Shown one piece after another: positions 46,265 through 56,600 of a DNA stretch of 64,000 nt (its first letter is position 1; each line of letters begins with the position of its first letter). The position numbers and the translations under genes are program-made. The notes beneath the pieces were generated by a model, which saw nothing but the letters and a program-made list of their open reading frames with translations, was not told where the DNA came from and searched no databases. The stretch is from Klebsiella phage VB_KpP_HS106. The DNA is taken from sequence record OP764672.1. One strand, 5' to 3'.

Positions 46265-46790
46265 CAACTGGGGACTGGCTGCAATGTTGTATGACACTGA
46301 AGCCAGATCTCTTAGTGTTGCCAAGCTGGATGTTATCCAACCACCTAAAGATAATTCCAAGCAAGTACGTAAATCTTCTCAGGATTTAGCCAGGGCTGAA
46401 TACCTGTTTGAGAAGGTAATGGGCTATATGCCTTACGTAGATGCCATCTGTATTGAAGTTCCTCATGGCAGTCAGAATGCGAGAGCTTCATTGGGTGCAG
46501 GTGCCTGTATTGGATTAATAGCAGCCATAAGAAACAGTCATGGGGCTAAACCTGTGATCTGTGTAAACGCTACTGAAACCAGGATGGAAATCACTGGTAA
46601 ATCCTCTGCAACAAAGCAGCAAGGTATTGATTGGGCATCTAGTTTATATCCTGATGCTAACTGGCCCAAACTTAAAGGCCAGATCATTGCCAGCAAAGCA
46701 GAGCACATGGCAGACGCTGTAGCAGCCGTACATGCTGGAATTAAAACTGAAACTTTCAAAATGCTAACCATGTTAGCTACTAAGGATTAA
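46227..46790 (+). CDS. RuvC-like Holliday junction resolvase
   Basis: LLGMDPSFSNWGLA, ICIEVP...QNARASLGAGACIG, EHMADAVAAVHAG. Confidence 0.6.
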   Translation: MKLKLLGMDPSFSNWGLAAMLYDTEARSLSVAKLDVIQPPKDNSKQVRKSSQDLARAEYLFEKVMGYMPYVDAICIEVPHGSQNARASLGAGACIGLIAAIRNSHGAKPVICVNATETRMEITGKSSATKQQGIDWASSLYPDANWPKLKGQIIASKAEHMADAVAAVHAGIKTETFKMLTMLATKD

Positions 46791-46792
46791 CT

Positions 46793-47464
46793 ATGCGTAT
46801 TTTGCTTTCTACTGAAGATCTGATCGAACTGGTAACCAAACATGCGTTTACCAGTCTAGTACCTACAGCCAAAGCAGCTGATGTTGAAGTGGGTATTCTG
46901 GATGGTCAGATCGTGGCAGCAGTAGCTGTAGGCGAAGATAACTTTCGCCTGAAGTCTGTTGCCGATCTTCAAGCTCCTCTGGTTTCTGGTGGCACACCTG
47001 TTGCTGAACAGGAAGAAGAGGAAGATCACGATGATGATACTCAGGAAGAGCAGGAAACTGACAAACCTGTTAAGCGTCGTAAACGCCGTACCAAGGCTGA
47101 AATCGAAGCTGATAAAGCTGCTGAAGAAGCCGCAGCACAGGCTGAAGTAGAAGCCGAAGCAGAAGTTCAAACTGAAAGTGAAGAAGATCTCTTTGCTGAA
47201 ACCAGTGATGCCGATAATGATGCTCCGTTCGACATTGACGAAGGTGCAAACCTGCGTGCTGAAAACGAGCTACTGCCAGAAGCTAAAGAAGCTGCCGTGG
47301 CTGAAGAAGTTGATCCGTTCGCAGATGCTGGCCTAGCTTCATCTGAAGGTGACGAGTTGTTTGCTCAGGCAGATACCCCGGTGACCAAGGTGGTTGAAAC
47401 CAGTGAAGCAGGCTTTGCTAAACCAGCAGACACTGAAGACGATCCGTTTGCTAACTTCGACTAA
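46793..47464 (+). CDS. Highly acidic Glu/Asp/Ala-rich protein with repeated D(P/L)F motifs (DLFAE, DAPFDIDE, DPFADAG, DELFAQ, DDPFANFD)
   Basis: Direct reading of the translation. Confidence 0.5.
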   Translation: MRILLSTEDLIELVTKHAFTSLVPTAKAADVEVGILDGQIVAAVAVGEDNFRLKSVADLQAPLVSGGTPVAEQEEEEDHDDDTQEEQETDKPVKRRKRRTKAEIEADKAAEEAAAQAEVEAEAEVQTESEEDLFAETSDADNDAPFDIDEGANLRAENELLPEAKEAAVAEEVDPFADAGLASSEGDELFAQADTPVTKVVETSEAGFAKPADTEDDPFANFD

Positions 47465-47474
47465 CAGGTGATCT

Positions 47475-47648
47475 ATGAGACACGTTATTAATGGCTTTAT
47501 TGGCCTGTTCTGTGTGATTGCAGCCATTGCTGTACTGGCTTTAATGAAGGTAGCTTTCTGGTTACTTAGCTTCTTCTGGTTCTTTGTGGCTGTAATTTTT
47601 ATTGCTTGCCTCATTGGAGCATTCATTCAGGAAAAGCGTGACTCATAA
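47475..47648 (+). CDS. Small (57 aa) membrane protein
   Basis: ATG ORF with two hydrophobic helices. Not in the track (<60 aa). Confidence 0.35.
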   Translation: MRHVINGFIGLFCVIAAIAVLALMKVAFWLLSFFWFFVAVIFIACLIGAFIQEKRDS

Positions 47649-47650
47649 AG

Positions 47651-47683
47651 CCAAAAAGAAGCCCCTCAATGAGGGGCTTTTTA
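47651..47683. terminator. Bidirectional terminator aagcccctc-aat-gaggggctt, flanked by T-runs on both strands, between the convergent replication and vRNAP genes
   Basis: 9-bp stem. TTTTT on the + strand and TTCTTTTT on the minus strand. Confidence 0.75.
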
Positions 47684-50600
47684 TTAGTTTGCCATTCTGA
47701 ACAAGTTCCAAGGCATTGGGATAGTCAAGATGCTGCTACCCTGCAATACAGAAGTTGAGAATGGGTTACCCAAGTTACGTGCAAACAAGGGTTCCATAGC
47801 ATCAGGTGCTGCTGAGAACTGCCCTGTGATAGCCATGTGTGCCATAACAGAGGCCGGGCGTTTGTCCATCAGGTAGAACATTGCACGTTGGATACGAATA
47901 CGATACTTCGTAAACATTGTGATCCCCATATCATCCAGATACTGGCGAGTAGCTGTAGCTGGAATGTCATAGTTAACAAAAGCATCAGAGGCACGTTGTA
48001 AAGCTTCAGTATGACTCAGACGATCTCTGGCATGTTCTGTCAGGTGTTTATACAGAGCATACTTAGCAGCAAAGTCACTGAACTGTGCAGCATCACTCAA
48101 GAATTTGTGAGGTGCAGTACCCTTGTCAATTACAGCCCAGCGAGCAGCTGTTACAGCAGAAGCTGGAAGGTGAGCAGATACCTCATTAAATTTCTTACGG
48201 ATCTTAGAACCATAAGTGTAACCATCAGCATCAGGCTGAACGTCTTCTACGATGGTAGGCATCATGCCTGCCTGAATAAACTTAGCCAGTGGGTTAGCAT
48301 TCAAGCGATCCTGAGTCTCATTGATCAGGGATTCCATCTGAGCAAAGTTACCAATACCAGCACGTTGCTGTTGCTGATACTTAAGTAGCAGTGAATACTG
48401 TTTACGGTAATCAATACCAGCAACGAGAGCAGTACGGATATCTTTAACCATGCGTACAGGGTTAACACCATAAGCAGCCAGCAAAGCAGTGTTGGACATA
48501 ATGTTACTGAACTGGGTTTTCAGATTACGAATAACGATCACGTCCTTATAGGTCTGCATAAATTCCTGAATACCACGCTCACCTTTAATTACGTAGGCTT
48601 TAGCCTTATCACCAAAAGCAGCTTCAAGTAAACCAGCAGCGACACCCTGAGCAATATTACGTTGCTCTGGATCTGCATCCAGGATATTAGCCAGAGAGTA
48701 CTTACGGAAGCCAAAGGTCAGGTTAACCAGATCATTACGAATGTACATACGATCACTACCCCACAGAGAGGCAGCTTTAATACGTGCTTCGTAGGGCATC
48801 ATTGCCCAGATCTCACGACCACGTTCAGAAGGTGCATCAGGCCCAATCTCAAAGTAAGCATTAGGATTCTTCAGGATATTAGCTGTAGAGTCTTCATGCA
48901 GAGCTTCCAGGATCTTAGCATTCTGGCTTGGAGCATCACCTTTATCGATATTCTGACCAGCTAAACGACCTACAAGATCAGCAAAGTCATTATTACGATC
49001 AAGGAAAGTATCACGAGTATTATGGGTAGCCATATAACGGAAGTCCATGATATGACCATCAGTGCTTAACACAGGCACTACATAGTTATCCTGAACTTGA
49101 GAAGGATCGAAGGCAGTGTGGGACAGTGCTTCACGTCCTCGCACGTCTGCGTAGGACGCTTGCCTTAACTGTTCTAACTCGTCAGCTCGAACACGATCAG
49201 CAACAGCACGATCCCCACTTAGGGAAGAACCTTTACGCTGGCTTCCAGTTAAGCTGAAAGTACCAGAGACGGTTCGTTGATACCCATTCTCTTTGGTCAC
49301 ATACAGCACACGTCCAGAGTGTTTTGACAAAGAGTCCTGGGACAGTGGGGATACTTTTTGATATCCCATGTTCACCAGTGCTGCTTCATCTGCACTCCCC
49401 GACTCAACCGCACGTAAGTCATGGTGAGGATTGGTATCTTCAGGCAGATAGCCTTTAATGCGAGACAACTGGTTACCAGCAAACAGCGTATTAGCAGAAT
49501 CCTCGATCAGGTTCGCATAAGTAGCCATCAGCATTTTAATGCCATTGTCTTTACCTCGTGCAAGCTCACGTTCCATTACAGCAGCAGTGCGAACACGGTT
49601 TTCAGTCTTGGTGTAGCTTAGAGCGTACATCGAAGCCAGAGCATCAATGGCGTTCACTTCATCAAGAGTCGGTTCGATACCTACTGTGGAATAGTGAGTA
49701 GCAGCTCCGGTAGCAATAGCTTTTGCATTCAGAACTAAATCACGTCCCAGGGTATTTCTGCCAGTAGCCATCCAGAATCCCAGAGCCTTGGCACGAATGA
49801 TCTTATCATTACCGTTAGCATACTGGCTAATGGTTTTCTCAAGCTTATTGATCTGTTGCTTACGGTAACCAGTATTAGAAACCAGTTTATGTAAGTTATT
49901 CAGGTTCATACCTTCAATGTGCAGCACAGACTGAAGATCAGTACGAAGCAGTGAATAAGTCATTGCTGTACGATCTTCTTTATTCAGGTCTTGCCCATTG
50001 TTATCAAACATCTCATTTAAGTTCTTAGCAGTAACAGCAGCTAAGGTTGCACGATCCTGTTCAATACGTTTAGTAGAACGTAACAGGGATTCATGCAGAG
50101 CACGAACATCATCAGCATTTGTTGCTTCAGTCAGAATGGAAGCCAGAGAACCTTCTGGAGTATTAGGGGCATTAAAGTCCCGGAACTCTTTGATAGTTTC
50201 TTTCAGGTTACCTAACTGATCACGAGCAGCCAAACCTGCAACTTTGCCCATAGCATTAAGAGCATTGTTGGAGGACTGATCAATACCAGTAGCTTTAACG
50301 ATTTTACCCAGGAACTGTTTAGACTTAGCAGCAGCCGTATCTAAGGCATTCTCTACTTTGTCGATCCCACCAGTAAGAATATTCATGGTGGTATCACGGT
50401 TCTTAAGTTCAATCTGGATCAGCTTTTCAGCTAGTGCTTGGGCACGAGCATTTGCAGCTTGCCCTTGATGGGTATTGGTCAACATACCAGAGACTGTATT
50501 AACAGCCTGGTTAAAGTAAGCAGTAGCTTGTTCAAAGGCAGTATTGCCAGAGTCCTTACCATCTTCCATCTGGAAGCCAAGTAAGTTACTGGTGTCTTCA

Positions 50601-53600
50601 TGCCCAATAGCCATAGCAACAAAACGAGACAGATGCTGGGACTCACCAGAGTCATTCGTTACATCAAACAGATAATTCCATTTCTGTTGAGCAGCTCGTT
50701 TTTCTGCTTGAGTTGCCTGATTCCAGTTTCCATTGTGGAAGTCTTCTGGTTTCAGGGATTGTTTGGCAGCTTGCCAGGTACGACGAATCTCACGGTTAAC
50801 TGGTGAAGTGAAACCAGAAGCCAGAGATTCAGATACAGCAGTCTCAATGGCCTCCACAGCAAAGGCTTCCTGATTAGTCAGTACAAACCCATTGCTCAGT
50901 GCTTCGGTGCTGACAGGGGCTTTCCCAGTGGCTACAGCCTCATTCCATACTTGACCAGGAGTGTAATTCTCATTGGCATTCTGGGTGACTCTTGAGCCTA
51001 AAGCACCGTAAAGCTGATCCGCTACAGTGGATATTACATTACGGAGGTTACCTGTGAATTGTGCTGAGTTAGTCTTGCCACCTGTTGAAGCCAGGTTATC
51101 AAAGATATCCACATGGCTGAACTTAGCTACCTGATCAGCAGCACTGTTAGTGTTACTCATAGGATGGCTAATGGAAGACACAGGACTTTGAATAGCAGCA
51201 GGGTTAATTGCTTGAACCAGATGTGCAGTATCGAAGGTCAGTGCTTCCAGTGCAGTAGTAACCCGAGCATTAACAGCTCGACCAGTTACAGCAGCAAAGA
51301 TGCCTGACATTTGATCCACAAACTGTTTAAAAGCAGTACCTAACCACCCACGGTTACGACCTGAAATTTCAGGTACACCAGTGATGGTATCAAGGTAACG
51401 TTGGAATTCCGGGTTAGTCATACCCCAGGAAATAAACTCATCCACGTTAGCCAAAGCAGGGGCAAACTGCTGAGTCAATTGAGGATCAGCTGAAACCAGC
51501 TTAGTCACTCTACCCATTAGCTTCTCTGTACGAGCCAGTACAGCTTTTACTTTTGGATTTGAATCAGCAGTAGCAATTGCACGTCCCAGAGCAATGTGAG
51601 TCATCTCATGCAGCAAGACTTCAGGTGAAGCCTCTTTGCTGAGTGACAGGTTAACCTGTGCAGTGTTCTTATCTTGATAAGACCATGCAATGGCATCACG
51701 GTTCTGGGGCAGTGACTGCCCCTTAACATTCTTAGGCATAGTCTGCCCATCCAGTACGTTCACCACAGCATCAGCTGGAATCAAACCAGAAATGAGGTTG
51801 TGGAGTTCGTTATACACTGGGTTAGCAAACTTACCTTTGGTACGAGCCATCACCTCAGAAGCTGACACAGAGCCTGTAGAGGCCGAAGCCTCATACAGGT
51901 ATTGTCTCATCTTGTCAGGATACTGGCTGGCTTCAGCCTTTGGGGCATTGCCCTTAGAGAACATGTCAGAGATACGTTGTAAGCCAGTAGCACGGCTACG
52001 TTTCAGACGTGCAATCTCGTCACCAATCTTCTTACGATCAGCATCAGTGATCAGATACTCGCCACCCTCAGTGCCATACTGGTTAACAGCATAGACTTCA
52101 GAGAGAGTTTCCAGTTTCTTAATATCACGATCATAAGCCTGGTTAAGGATTGTGTTCAGAGCAGCTTTCATGTTGCCCTTGAACTCTTTACCCAGAATCT
52201 TAGTCTTCATGGCATCCAGAGCTTTCTTAGCTGCAACCTTGTCATTGGTAGACAGGTTAGCATCAGCCAGACTACGAACTTCAGTCAGCAGTGCAGCAGC
52301 AGCCAGATGTTGAGGATGGTAAGAAACCACAGCATCAAACATAGCTTTGTTCTGGATACGAGCACCTTTCAACACATTGTCAGGAGACAGGATGTTAGCA
52401 TCATGCACATTCTGGCTTTCGATCTTGCTGATCACATCAGAGCTAATTGCAGCATCAGTACCCTGAGTAACGTTAGCACCCATAGCAACACCAGGATTGG
52501 TCAGCTTAGTCTCAGTCACAGTAGACTGGGTAGATTTATACCCACCTACCAGACCTTGACTCAGCAGCATCCCATTAGCATCCATTGCTGGTTTAGGGTT
52601 AGCAGCTTCTTTGAAGTAGATATCAATGCTGGTGGCAGGGGATTTAGCAGTAAAGGCTTTCTCCACCTTAGCCATTGGGTAACCAGAAGCTTTGGTATTC
52701 TCGGACAAGACACCAGTTGCAGATGGCATATTAGGAATCATGTTAGACAGTGTATCCAGATCTACCTGAGTGAGTCCTTCTAGTGGGGCACCCTTAGCAT
52801 CCACAGGGATTTTACCCTCAGCAATACGTTTCTTCAGCAGTGCAGCTTTAGCAGCATTGTAACGAAGGTTAGCCAGAGTAAAGGTAGTGTTAACCAGACT
52901 GGTATTAGCATCACGAGATGCAATGAAGTCAGCAGCAACCTCATTAACAGCAGTCTCTGTAGCAGATCCGCGAGTCTGAGAATCCACATCAATGATGCGT
53001 TTAGTTTGAGCTGGATTAAGGCTGAACTTAACCAGACCATCAGCAGTACGTGGTAGGTTCACTTTCTGGCCCAAAAGTACAGAAAGGTTTTTACTTACCT
53101 CAGCATAAGCCTTGGCAAAGTCTGCTTTGTTATTGCTTTTAGCCAGTGGGATCAGGGAACCGATCTTAGAGTAAACATCCTCTACAGTAGCTCGACCCAT
53201 AGCAGCTTTCAGTGCTGGAATACCAGCAGAGTAGTTGAATGGGGTAGCCAGAGTCTTGGCCTTAGAACGAGCACCATAACCAGTAGAGAAGTATTCTAGC
53301 GCCTGGATCTGACCTTGCTGACTGGCAGGTGCATTGGTTTTGTAATCAGCCCAATGCTGTCGCATAGCATCACCCAGCAGCTCGTAGTAATCCTGACCAC
53401 CCAACTCACGATAAGTAGGCATGTTGGTAATGTTGTCACCTTCACGGTAAATACCACCACGCTTCAGCAGATCGAAGTCAGCAGAGCCATTTAGGATATT
53501 GGTAAGGATAGGGCCGTTAGTAACACCATCTGACTCCATTTGAGCCAGTAGCTTAACGGAGGACTTACCAGACTCCAGAGCAGTAGCATACTGAGCCAGG

Positions 53601-56600
53601 TTATGCAGGGCAGCAAAAGACTGACCATTCATACCATACTCAGCCACAGCATTCTTAATGACGTTGGTATCAGCAGTAGTAGCTGAACCAGCGATCACTT
53701 TCTGCATGGCACGTACAGCCTTAATGTTCTCTGGTTTACGCAGGTAATTCTGGAAAGCAGGTAAGAAGGTAGCATAGGTCTGCTTATCAACAGACTTCAG
53801 TTTCTTACCATCAGCACCAATTACAGGGGCTTCTTCCATACCCTGAGCCAGAGATACGAGGAACAGGCCATATTGGGTAGGCTTACCCTCTGCATCCAGT
53901 ACAGCAGCATTAGGTTCGACTTTGATATCAACCTGGTGAGCACTTAAGCCACCCATAGCACGGTGAACTTTGGATCCTTGTGGGTTGAATTCCGAAGCCA
54001 GATCACCAATACGCTGGTTAGTCCAGACTTCCATAGGCATCCAGAAAGGCTTGTTACCAGTACGTGCAGCAAAGTCCATACCCATTTCGATAGAACGTTG
54101 GATATCAGCATTCTTGGCTTCACGACCTTTCTTGAAGATCTCCATTTCATTAGGTACATCAGCATCAGTACGTACACCAAAGATATGTTGCAGGGCAGCA
54201 TTATCTACAGTGGACATGGTTTGCATAGCACTTACCACACCCTGATCAATGGTGTAGTCATACTGCATAGCTTTACTGATACGAGCAGCCAAAACAGAAG
54301 GAACTTCACGGTTCATTTTACCGAAGACTTTCTGTTTGAAACCAGCAGGCTTAGTGGTCAGAACCTCACGTACAGCAGGATCATAACCAAACAGCTTAGA
54401 CATAAGGGAACGGGTATCTTTCATTCCATTCTTAATGTCAGAGATAGCTTCAATAGCTACTGGTTTACCCTCTGCATCAAAGTTACGTGCAGGACGGCTA
54501 AACACAATCTTGTGCTTGGCATCATTAGGGGAAACACCAAAGTCATTCTGGAAAGCCTGTGCAGCTTCTTTAGCCGACTGTTCATCCAGACCCATGATTT
54601 GCAGATCAAAGTACTCTTTAGCAGTCATTAAAGACTGTTCCATATAGCCATTGGAATACATGGCATGGAGAGCATAAGCACCCAAAGCATTCTGCAATTT
54701 GCTGGCACGGTTAGGATCAACATCAGCACGTTTAGCGAAGCCCATAGCCTGATAGATACGTTGACCCAGTTGGGACATGATCAAGTCTTGGCGATAGCCA
54801 ATATCAGCCATACGAGACATAGCTTGTGGAGTTAACTGATCTTCTTTAATACGCAGAGTTTTAGCTACTTCACCCTGGTTCAGGAACATCTTATCCCCAT
54901 TCTCACCAAGCCAGGAGAAGATACCTGCTGCAATACCAGTTTTAGTATTGGAGTCAAAGTTACCATTCTCATCCAGGATAAACTGAGCAAAGTCCTGATA
55001 ACGATACTCAGGGGCTTTAGTACGGATGATGTTATCCAGGTTAGATGTGATGTGATCGTGGAATTCCACAAACTGTTTCAGCAGAGCTTTCTGTTTAGCA
55101 CCTTCAGCTTTCGACTCACTGATATGCTGTTTCAGGAAACGGTTAACTTCAGTGAAGCTACCAGTATCCACAGCAGTTTTAAGAGTATTGATGAAGTCTT
55201 TCACTGCTACCAGTGGGCTACCAAAACCTGGACGAACTCGCTGATTGAAACCAGTAAGCACAAGGTTCTGTAAGCCTTTAGGTTCAGCCAAAGCTTTCTC
55301 ACGCAGAGCTTTCAGAGACTCACCAACTTTACCAAAGATACTCAAAGCACCATTAGCTACATTGTCTTGCTGAGTCTCAGTCAGGGTATCAGTGTTGGTA
55401 ACAACATCATCTACGTTAACTGGGGCAGTCTGTTGAGACTCTGAACCAGTAGACTCATTATCAATATCAGCCTGAGCATTCTCAGTTTGAGTAGCAGTCT
55501 CAGCCTGTGAACGTTGGATCTCATTCTCTTGAGCTTTAGGCTTAAAGGAGTCATCCAGTTTACGGTGAGGAGCATCAACCCCACGATTCTGGTTAGTAGC
55601 CAAATCAGCACGACGAGTCCACTCACGATCCAGAGCATCCAGGTTACGAGCCAGTACAGGATTAGTGTCAGAAGACATAGCTTGTTGAGTAGTAGCCATA
55701 ACCTTTTCCAGCGTTGCCTGATCCATTGCACGAATATCTCGTGTGGTCAGTGGGCTGATTGTGGGTTGTGCTTGTTGTTCTTGTGCTCCTGCCTCTCCTG
55801 CTACAGTAGCTGCACCCTCTGGCTGCGCCTCCGGGTTTGCTACTTGCTCAGTCGAGCCAGTCACATTTTGGTTAGTAGATGGGTTAGCAATACCTTCCAT
55901 ATACTGACGAGTGGCAGTGATAGCTTTGGCTTCATTAACGATATTGTTAACCAGACCAGTAGAGCCTTTGTGGATAGTAAAGCCACCATTCTTAGCCTGT
56001 GCTTTAGCATCCAGACGTTTGCCAGTATTCAACTCCCAACCATTAGAAGTTTTCAGGATCTGGTAAGACTTACCATTCTGTTTAGCTTCGTTCAGATACT
56101 GTTGAGCAATATCTGCTTTAGCAGTATGGGAAGTTTCAAAGTTATTGATACCAGTCATCAGGGACTGGATACGGTTAGTATCACCAGCCTGTACAGCAGT
56201 GTTAATACCCTGTTGGTAATCACCCAGTGACAGGTTATTAGAAGTGGATTTGAAGATCTCACTATTAACCTTAGAACCAGTCTTAACAGCATTCTCTGCA
56301 ACTTTGGCATCAGCTAATGCACGAAGCGTACCCAGTTCAGCAGGGGTAGCATTAATAGGAGCATTACGCACAAACTCTTGCAGGTCTTCATTGGTATAAG
56401 ACATTGGGTGACTGATAATGTCAGAAGCTGTCGGGTTCTCTGGTTTAGCTGTATTGGTATTCATACCAGTAGCTGATGAGAACTTGCCAAACTCAGACTT
56501 AGCCTGATCCAGTACTTCAGCAGAACGAGTAGCAGACTGTGCCAGTTCCTCCTGAGAAGGCAGGGCATCCAGTTGTTGCTGTGCAGCATCACGAGCTTCA

